Below are positions 55,758 to 64,000 of a DNA stretch of 64,000 nucleotides, in pieces; the stretch's first letter is position 1, and each line of letters opens with the position of its first letter. Under the pieces are notes generated by a model. The model did not search any database, had not been told where the DNA came from, and saw only the letters and a list, made by a program, of their open reading frames with translations. Origin of the DNA: Opitutia bacterium (GTDB taxonomy: Bacteria > Verrucomicrobiota > Verrucomicrobiia > Opitutales > Opitutaceae); assembly GCA_947478395.1 (NCBI GenBank), contig CANJVR010000003.1:224001-288000 (forward strand). The letters are read 5' to 3'. A program made the position numbers and the translations under genes.

Positions 55758-56027
55758 TCGCGCGTGGCTTCAGGCCGCGTTCCGGAATCCGAAACGCGGG
55801 CGGAAGCTCCCCACGAATCAAGAAAACGTTCGTCTGCCGGTCGGCGCCGACTCTTAGCATCCCGGCAAAAAGAAGGGCCCGGCGGATAATAGCCTTAAGC
55901 CAAGCTCGCTTATTTCTGGGCCGGTTAGACCCGCTGATGCTACCCAAAATTCTGCTTGAATCGTTTTAACGTCCAGTGGCCAGCACCCGTGCCCGCTCAA
56001 CGAAGGCTCCGCCGATTTCGGCGTATT

Positions 56028-57659
56028 TCAGAACTTTTCTTCGTCAAACTGCGCGTTGAGGGCATGCGCAATTGTGCGATCGCTGCGACAGCGGGGCATT
56101 TTGCTCTGACCACCCCACTTTCCCTGCGCACGCTGCCAGCGTTCAAAGTGGCCGGAGGGGACCAGCCGCACGAGTGGTTTTTCCAAGCCGCCACCGAGGC
56201 GCTTGGCTTCATAGTCGTCGTTAAGCCGCTGCAGTTCGGCGTCGAGTTCCGTGGCCAGTTGCGCAGCTACGGGCTGGGTCCCAGAGAGTGACTTCAACTC
56301 AAGCCACCATTCGTGCGTGCCACGGACACGACCCGCTGCCGGATCCATGAAAAGAGGCGCCACGTGGAAATTTATCGGCGTGATTTGCTGGCGCCGACAA
56401 ACGGAAGTCAGCGCATCCGTGAGTTCCTTTTCGATCACATGCTCCCCGAAGGCGCTCAGCTGCAGTTTTGTCCGCCCCACGTAGACCAATCGCGGCGGGC
56501 GGATGGAGGTAAAACGCACCACGTCGCCGATCACGTAGCGCGCCAAGCCCGCCGGCGTCGTGAGAAGCAGCACGTAGTCGATGCCCGGCTGTACTCCTTC
56601 GAGCGGTACGACCTTGGGGCCTAATTGCGCGAGACGGTTATCATCGAAATCGGCGAGTGGGAGAAATTCGTAGAAAATCCCGGCGTCGCTCATCAGTCGG
56701 AGACCCGCCTCCGGCTCAGCATCCTGGGTCGCGATAAAAGCCTCAGACGCAGGATACACTTCGTGGAAATTGACGCCGGGACCGAGCGTCGCACGCAGTT
56801 CATCGTAAAACGGTGTGATGGGGACGCCGCCGTGAATGAAACATTCGAAGTCGGGCCAGAGCGATTGCAGCGGCGTGGCACGGGCGGAACGCCGACGAAG
56901 CGCTTCAGCCAGGATCAGCACCCAGCTCGGGATGCCTGCAAGCAGGGAAATATTCAGGGACGCCGTCCGCGCGGCGATGGCGGCAATCTTAGCCGGCCAG
57001 TCATGCATTTGCGCGATGGTGGCGCCGGGCTCATAAAGGTATCGCTCCACCCAGCGCGGAAGATTCAGGGCGGTGATGCCGCTGAGGTCGCCGGCGAATG
57101 CGGCGAAGGGCTTCGATTCCACCATCGGAGTGAGCGTGCTAGCACCGCCGAGAAATAGATGCCGTCCGCGAAAAACGCGGGCGTGTCCAACACGCGCCGT
57201 ATAATAGAACAACGAGTCGAGCCCGCCCCGGCGAAAATGCGCGATCATTTCGCGAGTGATCGGCAGATATTTAGTCCGGCCTGAAGTGGTGCCGGACGAC
57301 ACGGCATAGTGGGCGCAACGCCCCGGCCATAGCACATCAGCCTCACCGCGCTTCATCCGCTCGATCGCCGGTGCAAAATCCTCGTACGTTCGTAACGGTA
57401 CAGCCGATTGAAACCGATCGTAACTCATCCCGCCGGAAATTTCGCCACTACGCCAAAAGGACGTGGCCGCGAATCGCCCGGTGAGTTCACGAAAGGTACG
57501 CTGCTGCTGACTCACGGCGTGGCCGGTCTTAAGTCGGTGCGCGGTGCGGGCGCTCAGAACTCCGGCGCCGATCGCCAGAACTCTTTTAGCCAAGTCCGGC
57601 CTGGCCGGTACCGCAATTAAAGGCCGGGGCCGCAACGTGGAAGCCGCGAAGGCGTTCAT
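56028..57659 (-). CDS. GH3 (auxin-responsive) family acyl-adenylate/amido synthetase
   Basis: Motifs SSGTTSGRTKYLP, YPASEAF, RYVIGD and GGQSKMPR. Confidence 0.9.
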   Translation of the reverse strand: MNAFAASTLRPRPLIAVPARPDLAKRVLAIGAGVLSARTAHRLKTGHAVSQQQRTFRELTGRFAATSFWRSGEISGGMSYDRFQSAVPLRTYEDFAPAIERMKRGEADVLWPGRCAHYAVSSGTTSGRTKYLPITREMIAHFRRGGLDSLFYYTARVGHARVFRGRHLFLGGASTLTPMVESKPFAAFAGDLSGITALNLPRWVERYLYEPGATIAQMHDWPAKIAAIAARTASLNISLLAGIPSWVLILAEALRRRSARATPLQSLWPDFECFIHGGVPITPFYDELRATLGPGVNFHEVYPASEAFIATQDAEPEAGLRLMSDAGIFYEFLPLADFDDNRLAQLGPKVVPLEGVQPGIDYVLLLTTPAGLARYVIGDVVRFTSIRPPRLVYVGRTKLQLSAFGEHVIEKELTDALTSVCRRQQITPINFHVAPLFMDPAAGRVRGTHEWWLELKSLSGTQPVAAQLATELDAELQRLNDDYEAKRLGGGLEKPLVRLVPSGHFERWQRAQGKWGGQSKMPRCRSDRTIAHALNAQFDEEKF

Positions 57660-58759
57660 GCGGCCAACCGGGATCCCCGGCTTTTAATCTCGCGGTAGAA
57701 TTTCGCGATGGGCGGAAGGAACTCGGCGTGGTGAAAAATCAACGACGCATGCTGCACCGGGCTTGAGCCGCCGCATACCAATTGGCCGCGCCCCTGCGGA
57801 AAAAACTCCGACAGCGTCGTATCCAGCGCGGCCCGCGTGGGCGAGGATGCGGCCAGTACGGCGTTTTCTTTTTCAGCGTAGAGCACAAGGGCCGGGCGCT
57901 CGCTGAGCGGACGGGGCGAGTCGCCCCACGCAGACAGCGCGGACATTTGATTAAGCGCAGCCACCCGTTCACATGCACCAACAGCTTCGATGGCTTGAAT
58001 TGCGCCGAGCGCGCCGGCGCGAAGCGAACGGAGTTCGTCGGACGACATAAGCGAGCGAAGCGAAGCTTTGTTCCGCGCGCCGGCCTCGAACATTTTGGTG
58101 AAGACCACCCGAGCCTTTTCAATCGCGGCTTGTTCAATGTGCGCCCCCGCATCAATCAAAGGTTTCAGCGCGCGACCCATCAGTGTGCTCGGTTTGGTTT
58201 CACCCGGACCGAGAATGTCAGCGGTGCAGGCAACCGGGCTGACCAACACCACACCTGCGTGGCCCTCCGGGCAGCTTTCAAGACGCGCGCGCCGCAACCA
58301 CTCCAGCACCAGGCCGGCCCCGAAACTAACGCCCAGGATCACCGGACGCTGGCCGTGACGTTCATTAATTTCGTTCACCAAGTCGTCGAGTTGGGCGCAC
58401 ACCAAATCGAGCGAAAAACCGGCCCGGGGATAATTGAAATAATACATGCTGCCTTGCCGCAGGAGAAATTCGCGCAACAGGTAAACCTGTTCCGTCGCAT
58501 CGGGCACGAAGCCGCCGAGCACGATCGTAGGCACCGCGCCGCCGCGTTTTTCGCAGAGCACGCTCGAACGCTGGCGAAGTTCCGCCCGGCCGGAAGTCAG
58601 CAGGAAATTTTGGGCCCCAGTGAACTGTGGGAGATGTGGGCGGGGCGGACTGAATTTGTACGCGGTGCTTCGGAAAAACGTTCGGAGCGGTTGGGGCGGA
58701 GCGAATCGCGTGAAAGCAGTAAACGCGGACCAGGCAGGCGGCAGGAGAAGCGCGGGCAT
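57656..58759 (-). CDS. Alpha/beta-hydrolase fold protein
   Basis: GVSFG nucleophile elbow, LGGF oxyanion-like motif and late His (VQHAS). 4-bp overlap with the GH3 gene; start uncertain. Confidence 0.75.
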   Translation of the reverse strand: MPALLLPPAWSAFTAFTRFAPPQPLRTFFRSTAYKFSPPRPHLPQFTGAQNFLLTSGRAELRQRSSVLCEKRGGAVPTIVLGGFVPDATEQVYLLREFLLRQGSMYYFNYPRAGFSLDLVCAQLDDLVNEINERHGQRPVILGVSFGAGLVLEWLRRARLESCPEGHAGVVLVSPVACTADILGPGETKPSTLMGRALKPLIDAGAHIEQAAIEKARVVFTKMFEAGARNKASLRSLMSSDELRSLRAGALGAIQAIEAVGACERVAALNQMSALSAWGDSPRPLSERPALVLYAEKENAVLAASSPTRAALDTTLSEFFPQGRGQLVCGGSSPVQHASLIFHHAEFLPPIAKFYREIKSRGSRLAA

Positions 58760-58910
58760 CCCCCACGACGCCGTGGCGTGGTGACGACTGGCAAAATGAA
58801 AGCGGCGCCGTCACGGAAATGTTGCCCGTACGAAACCAGGACGTGACGCGGGCGACGCAGGATCGCTTTCAGATTGCGGGCGGCGACGCGGGGGCTCCCA
58901 GTGGTGGGCC

Positions 58911-59696
58911 ATGCCGCTTCCGCCCACCCTGCACGAGGACGACACGCTCATCGCCTTCGACAAACCGAGCGGGCTCCTCATCGCGCCCGATCGCTGGGAC
59001 AAAAAAAAAGAAAACCTGATGGGACTCGTGCACGCAAAGTACGGTCACGGCGTCGCCAACGTGCACCGGCTCGACGCCGACACCAGCGGCGTGTTGCTCT
59101 GCGCGAAAACGAAAGTGGCGCTGGATTTCTTGAGCGGACAGTTTCAGTCGAAGACCGTCGGCAAAACCTATCTTGCCTTGGTCGCGGTGTTACCGCCGGA
59201 GCGCGCGATGAAAGTGATCGCGCCTGTGCGTGGGCCGGATGGGACGAGTTTGCCGCCGGAATTTTCCGTGGAGCTCGCGTTGGGTGAAGACGAACGCCAG
59301 CCGGGACGTATGCGGGTTTTCAAGGGTCGCGGCGGCAAGGCGAGCGTCACCGAGTTTCGCGTACGGGAAAACTTCGGCCGATTCGCGTGGATCGAATGCC
59401 GACCGCTGACGGGTCGTACGCACCAAATCCGCGTGCATCTCGCCGCGGCGGGCGCGCCGATCTTAAACGACGTCTTCTACGGCGATCCCGATGTAAAGCT
59501 GCTCCTATCCGATTTGAAGCGACGCTACAAAGGCCGGGACGAAGAGAAGCCGTTAATCGCACGATTAGCACTGCATGCCAGCGAGCTGACCATCAAACAT
59601 CCGACGACCAAAGAGCCGCTCACGATCACCGCGCCCCTGCCACACGAGTTCGAGGTGGCGCTGAAATATCTGCGGAAGTTTGCGGTGATGAAATAG
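58911..59696 (+). CDS. RluA-family pseudouridine synthase
   Basis: Motifs DKPSGL, HRLDADTSG and TGRTHQIRVH. Confidence 0.95.
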   Translation: MPLPPTLHEDDTLIAFDKPSGLLIAPDRWDKKKENLMGLVHAKYGHGVANVHRLDADTSGVLLCAKTKVALDFLSGQFQSKTVGKTYLALVAVLPPERAMKVIAPVRGPDGTSLPPEFSVELALGEDERQPGRMRVFKGRGGKASVTEFRVRENFGRFAWIECRPLTGRTHQIRVHLAAAGAPILNDVFYGDPDVKLLLSDLKRRYKGRDEEKPLIARLALHASELTIKHPTTKEPLTITAPLPHEFEVALKYLRKFAVMK

Positions 59697-59952
59697 CTCC
59701 GTGCTGAACGGTAGAATCTTAAAGTAGAAGACGGAGAAAGCTTAACGACCAGAGAGGCGGTAAATTTAGTCGGATGCGTTTCACGCTTTGAACGGGTGGG
59801 CGATATCCGCCGGAGCGCGAGACCGCCCGCCGCGTGCCGGGCCATTTGACCGAGGTCTAAATCCTCCGGTTTTTCGCTATTCAGGCGAACCATGGTCGAC
59901 CATAAGCGCCCCGCCTCGGCCGATCTTTAGCGTTCTTTTCCGCGTGTAAAAA

Positions 59953-60723
59953 TCAGAGCTTCGCCAACGCTTCACCCGCGCGCTTTTTCGCGTCGTCGTC
60001 GTATTTTTGACGCGACGGGAGCGAGAGACTTTTCTCGAACTGGGCCCGCGCTTTTTTATTTTGACCGTCGGCAACGAGCGCAAAACCGAGTTCGAGTTGG
60101 TGGGCGAGTTCACCCGGTTCAAGTTCGACCGCGAGGGAGATTTCTTTCACGGCCTCCGCGGTGGAGGCATCGGGCAGGCCGCCGTAGATGAGGCGCACGA
60201 ACAGACGGGTGGCAGCCCCAAGCGTGGCGACTTCATAATTCCACCGGCCAAGGATATGGTGCGCCCAAGCGTAATTGGGATCGAGGGCCAAGGCCCGTTC
60301 GGCGGCCTCCTTCACGAGACGCGAGTATTTGATTTTCGTGCGCGTGTCGCTGTAGACGCCGAGTTTGCCGTAACAAACGGCGAGCGAGAGGACGTACTCG
60401 GCGTTTTTCGAGTCGAGAGCCACGGCCCGCTGCGAATACTCCAGCGCGATCTGCGCGTACTTTCTGCGATCCTCGTCGGTGGTCAGATCCACGATAAGGT
60501 CGGAATACTGCCGGCTGATTTTTTGGAGAATAAACGCGTCGTTGGGTTGGGCCTGATCGGCGGCGAGGTAGAGTTCCAGAGCGCGGCGGCAGTCGAGTTT
60601 CGTTTCCGCGATGCGCGCGGCGTCGATCAGTGCGCCGGCGTCGGCGGCTTGGAGTTGAGCCGTGGCCAAGAGCAGAAGGAAGGCGACCGGGAGAAGCTTC
60701 CTGAATGGGCCAGCTACGATCAA
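59953..60723 (-). CDS. Secreted TPR protein (RMD1/FAM82-like helical repeats)
   Basis: Signal-like FRKLLPVAFLLLLATAQLQA followed by TPRs; AHHILGRWNYEVA. Start at TTG 60723 inferred. Confidence 0.75.
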   Translation of the reverse strand: MIVAGPFRKLLPVAFLLLLATAQLQAADAGALIDAARIAETKLDCRRALELYLAADQAQPNDAFILQKISRQYSDLIVDLTTDEDRRKYAQIALEYSQRAVALDSKNAEYVLSLAVCYGKLGVYSDTRTKIKYSRLVKEAAERALALDPNYAWAHHILGRWNYEVATLGAATRLFVRLIYGGLPDASTAEAVKEISLAVELEPGELAHQLELGFALVADGQNKKARAQFEKSLSLPSRQKYDDDAKKRAGEALAKL

Positions 60724-60923
60724 CGCGTGTACCCCGATCAGGAAGTCACCCACGGCGTGACTCCGCTTTCCTGCGGCTTTGCAATACTGGCGCCAAGCGC
60801 GACCGGCTTGATCGGCAGCGTTCCGCCATATCGCGATTATTTTGATATCGAGCTCATCCAGCATGGAGTCGAAGGCGCGTTGGGGATCGAAGCGGACCGC
60901 TATGACAGCCTGTCCGTCCTCGA
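60724..60923 (-). pseudogene. Truncated PIN/VapC toxin relic, in frame with the TPR gene
   Basis: AADQAGRAWRQYCKAAGKRSHAVGDFLIGVHA matches the A..AG..W..Y...G.R....DFLIGAHA region of VapC-type PIN proteins. The N-terminal catalytic Asp motif and the C-terminal LLTRD are missing. Confidence 0.65.
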
Positions 60924-61934
60924 TCAGGGCTTGCGGAACAGGTAATGACTCACGAGCCATTCCTGGCCGCCGCGGTAGCCCCAGAGTTCAGCGCAACTCA
61001 GGTAGAAAATGCGCCAATACGCCCACCATTTCGTGGCCTGATCGGCGCCGTAGGTTTGGACGAAGATCGGCATGATTTCGGCGCGGTGGGCGTCCATGTT
61101 CTGGAGCCAGTGTTCCGCGGTTTGCTGGTAGTGGCGGCCATTCACTTTCCAGTCCTGGACGAGCTTCAGGTCGTCCTGAAACTGCATAAACAAATCATGC
61201 GCGGGAAACTGGCCCCCAGTGAAAAAATAGCGGCTCATCCAGTCGGTCGAATCGCGCGCGACGAGGTGATAGCTGAAGCGGCTGTGCGTGAAGATGTGCG
61301 TGAACAGTAAACCACCCGGCTTGAGCCAACGCGCGATGTTCGCGAATAGGCGCTGATAGTTTTTGAGATGCTCGAACATTTCAACGGACACCACGCGGTC
61401 GAACTGCCCGGGGGCCGGGTCGAAAACGTTGATGTCGCAGGTCACAATCGTGAGATTGGTTAAGCCCCGGCGCTTGGCTTCGGCGTCGATATATTCCTTC
61501 TGCGTGCGGGAATTCGAAATCGCCGTGATTTGAGAATGCGGAAATTTCTCGGCGTTATAGAGGCAGAGCGAACCCCACCCGCAGCCGAGTTCTAGGATCG
61601 TCTGTCCGTCGACGATTTGCGCGCGCTCAGCGTAAGCCGCGAGCATGAGCTCCTCGGCTTGATTGAGCGTTTCCCGGCCCGTGGGATAGAGGCAGCCGGA
61701 ATACTTCAGGCGTTTGCCCAGACAAAATTGATAGAAGGGCGTGGGGACTTCGTAGTGTTGCTCGTTCGCCGCGGCCATCTGCTCCGCGAGCGGACGGGTT
61801 TTTAGGTCAGCGACGTAGAGCGCACGATCGTAGCGGGCCGTCTCGTCACGGATGCGCTGGGCGAGGAGACGGCGAATGCCAATGCGGATGAGCCAGTCCG
61901 GGAGAAGATTTTTTTCGAGCAGGCGGTCGATCAT
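60924..61934 (-). CDS. SAM-dependent methyltransferase, cyclopropane fatty acid synthase (CMAS) family
   Basis: Motifs ANEQHYEVP, LKYSGC, LELGCGWGS and VSVEMFEH. Confidence 0.92.
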   Translation of the reverse strand: MIDRLLEKNLLPDWLIRIGIRRLLAQRIRDETARYDRALYVADLKTRPLAEQMAAANEQHYEVPTPFYQFCLGKRLKYSGCLYPTGRETLNQAEELMLAAYAERAQIVDGQTILELGCGWGSLCLYNAEKFPHSQITAISNSRTQKEYIDAEAKRRGLTNLTIVTCDINVFDPAPGQFDRVVSVEMFEHLKNYQRLFANIARWLKPGGLLFTHIFTHSRFSYHLVARDSTDWMSRYFFTGGQFPAHDLFMQFQDDLKLVQDWKVNGRHYQQTAEHWLQNMDAHRAEIMPIFVQTYGADQATKWWAYWRIFYLSCAELWGYRGGQEWLVSHYLFRKP

Positions 61935-61943
61935 AAGCGGAAG

Positions 61944-62002
61944 TAGTGGGGCGCGGTTGGTGAGTAGTCGAAGGCTCGCTACCTGTTACTCATTCCTCGC
62001 TA
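61944..62002. repeat. TAGCGAG/CTCGCTA heptamer element; its last unit contains the DUF1295 stop codon
   Basis: ctcgcta cctgtta ctcattc ctcgcta at 61975-62002, preceded by a G-rich arm. Confidence 0.6.
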
Positions 62003-62785
62003 TCGCTTCGGAAACCAAGGGACAAACGCACTCGTGGTTTGCTGGTAGCGACGGTACGCGTCGCCGCGACTGCGGAGGCTTTGTTCTTCGGTCATCGGTA
62101 TGCCTGTTACGCGCAGCAATAAATAAAGGATGCTGGCAGGTCCCACGATCGCGACCCAGCCCCAGGGAGAACCGAGGGCGAACAGGAAATATGCGACCCA
62201 GATGAGCCACTCGAAAAAATAATTCGGATGCCGGCTGAACCGCCAAAGTCCGACGGCGCACACCTGCCCCTTGTTCGCAGGATTACGTTTGAAGGCGGCG
62301 AGCTGGGCGTCGGCCGTGGCTTCGCCGCTGATCGCAACAACCCACAGGATCGCACCCGCAATCTCGAACGGATGCAGGGCCGGCGCGGGGTTCAGACAGG
62401 CGATGAGGAATGCGGCTCCAAGGAACACGACGGACCCGGCCTGCATCTGGAAAAATCCGGCCATCTTAGCGGTGAAATTGGCCGCCCAGTCTTTGCGCAG
62501 CTGTTTATACCGGCCGTCTTCTTCCGGGTGGTGGCCGAGCACGCGGATGGCGAGGTACGTGCCGAGACGGGCACTCCACGTCAGGGCGAGCGCAGCAATC
62601 AGCGCCCGGCGGACCGGCCAGCCCGGGGCCAGCAACGCGTAAAGCAACGCCAGCAGGCCGAAGGCATACGACCACGCGATATCCACGATACCGTAGTTGT
62701 CCATGCGGCGCGCCACGAAATAAAGGATCCCAAACGACGCACAAAGACCGACAAGGGCGAGAGCAACGAGGCTGAGAGGACTCAT
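62000..62785 (-). CDS. DUF1295 (steroid 5-alpha-reductase-like) membrane protein
   Basis: Motifs IVDIAWS, EDGRY, ADAQL, GLWRFSRHPNYFFEW and YQQTTSAFVPW. Confidence 0.9.
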   Translation of the reverse strand: MSPLSLVALALVGLCASFGILYFVARRMDNYGIVDIAWSYAFGLLALLYALLAPGWPVRRALIAALALTWSARLGTYLAIRVLGHHPEEDGRYKQLRKDWAANFTAKMAGFFQMQAGSVVFLGAAFLIACLNPAPALHPFEIAGAILWVVAISGEATADAQLAAFKRNPANKGQVCAVGLWRFSRHPNYFFEWLIWVAYFLFALGSPWGWVAIVGPASILYLLLRVTGIPMTEEQSLRSRGDAYRRYQQTTSAFVPWFPKR

Positions 62786-63399
62786 GGCACAGGATGATCG
62801 GAAGGATCGGTATTTTTCACGGCCACGGCGGCCGCGGCGGCGATGACGGCCTTGGCCGCGGCTTCGGTCCGGACCCGAACAATTTCACGGAGCGTGGTTC
62901 TTGCGCTGTAATAGATGATCGTGATCCAGAGCGGTGCGATCGCGGCCCACACGACGGTGGCGTGGAACACCATCAGCCCGAAGCGGTGCGCGAAAAGTCC
63001 AGGGTCGTGCAGCAACATATTCCACATGAGTTCGACGGAATTTCGCATTCCCAGCCGGACTTGAGGTGCACCGAAGAGTTTGTTGCCCCAATAAAAATAG
63101 TTCGGGATCAGGAAAAGATGCAGCGGCGTGAAAAGCACATTTACCGCCTGGATGATCGGCTGGTTTAGTTTCAGTAAGATGCCGGCCAGCAGGCAGAGCC
63201 ACATCGTGCCAACGAAGGGAAAGTTCGCGAGGGCGCTGCCGACGGCGATGGTGAGCGCGATTTTTTCCGGCGTGATACCCTGTTTTAGCTGAGCGACGAC
63301 CGGACCTACCACCCGACGCTGCCAAAACGTCCCGGCCGGCGCGGGCGGGTTATCCACCGGCCCGGCGACGTTGGGATCGAGAGGGGGAATATCGGCCAC
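62782..63399 (-). CDS. DUF2062-family membrane protein
   Basis: Motifs LKQGITPEKIALT and LNQPIIQAVN. Start at GTG 63399 inferred. Confidence 0.8.
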   Translation of the reverse strand: MADIPPLDPNVAGPVDNPPAPAGTFWQRRVVGPVVAQLKQGITPEKIALTIAVGSALANFPFVGTMWLCLLAGILLKLNQPIIQAVNVLFTPLHLFLIPNYFYWGNKLFGAPQVRLGMRNSVELMWNMLLHDPGLFAHRFGLMVFHATVVWAAIAPLWITIIYYSARTTLREIVRVRTEAAAKAVIAAAAAVAVKNTDPSDHPVP

Positions 63400-63412
63400 G
63401 CGACAAAATTTG

Positions 63413-63808
63413 CTAAGCGAGAGCGAGGACCGCAATGCCCAACGAGGCTAGAATAAAGCCGAGCACGCCGGGCCCGTTGCGGCGGACCGTGAACAGCGTC
63501 GTCAACGGCACTTCGCGAGAAACCCCAAACAGCTCGGAGAGGCAGTAGGCGGACATCGCGATGTTGCCGAGCACCATGATCGCGACGAACCAAGCGAGAC
63601 GGGCGAGCAACGTCGTTTGCTTGTAACAGACCCAGACAAAAAACGTGATGAAGCCCCAATAGGTGTCGAACAGCGTGGCGATGAACCACGGGTGAGCGTA
63701 AACTTCCCGCGGGATGGAAAACATCGGGCACTGCGTGCTAGCCCAACTTGTGACGCAGAGCATCGAGCCGATGATGACAATAAAAAGTGCGCGAAGAAAA
63801 AGAAGCAT
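63413..63808 (-). CDS. DUF1475-like membrane protein
   Basis: Motifs PWFIATLFDTYWGFITFFVWVCYK and LGNIAMSAY. Confidence 0.8.
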   Translation of the reverse strand: MLLFLRALFIVIIGSMLCVTSWASTQCPMFSIPREVYAHPWFIATLFDTYWGFITFFVWVCYKQTTLLARLAWFVAIMVLGNIAMSAYCLSELFGVSREVPLTTLFTVRRNGPGVLGFILASLGIAVLALA

Positions 63809-63914
63809 GAGGGGCGGGGAAGGGGCGGGACGTGAGCAGGCGGGGGACGGAAGAGTTGAAATCTTACCTGGCGAAGTTCGGGTGCTCGCTACTTCCTACC
63901 CACTGCTCGCACCT

Positions 63915-64000
63915 TTAAAAACTGAGATTATTCGCCCGCGTGTGCAGGGTGTGGACGACTGATATATTGCGCAGCGCGAAGGCAGCTTCGCAGTAGCCGA
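63915..64000 (-). CDS. 3' end of a second cyclopropane fatty acid synthase family gene (partial)
   Basis: Hand translation GYCEAAFALRNISVVHTLHTRANNLSF* matches the YCE..F..R.I.V C-terminus of Cfa. Confidence 0.75.
   Translation of the reverse strand, partial: GYCEAAFALRNISVVHTLHTRANNLSF

Noticed and set aside
63350..63358. DnaA-box-like TTATCCACC
   Set aside because: Single mismatched copy inside a CDS; no cluster.

Overview
GC-rich bacterial chromosome segment, most likely Verrucomicrobiota/Opitutaceae. This is inferred from gene content: DUF5069-like domain, oleCD, short ATP synthase delta subunit and cytochrome b562. The window is mostly housekeeping: RNA modification/processing genes (rlmD-like, two TrmH, rnd, queC, queE, trmB, mnmG, mnmE, RluA), feoA-feoA-feoB, atpBEFHAGDC, an ABC/MFP exporter, recA, gltBD, a sugar-acid operon, hisN, uup, malQ, a DUF5069-gluconokinase fusion, penicillin acylase, a GH3 plus alpha/beta-hydrolase pair and a cfa/DUF1295 lipid-modification cluster that runs off the right edge. 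I saw no rRNA, tRNA, CRISPR array, transposase or phage genes. The most unusual signals lie outside the ORF track. (1) There are several families of tiny palindromic or 7/9-mer repeat elements. One family ends in CGTGGGC and appears to supply the GTG start codon of four genes; others sit in frame inside rlmD, oleC and oleD. (2) Three gene relics have collapsed through large deletions: a histone-deacetylase-family gene, an HtrA-like protease and a PIN toxin. (3) mnmG contains a parS-like site, near a very AT-rich patch and an apparent local GC-skew flip. All calls come from reading motifs by eye; no database searches were run.
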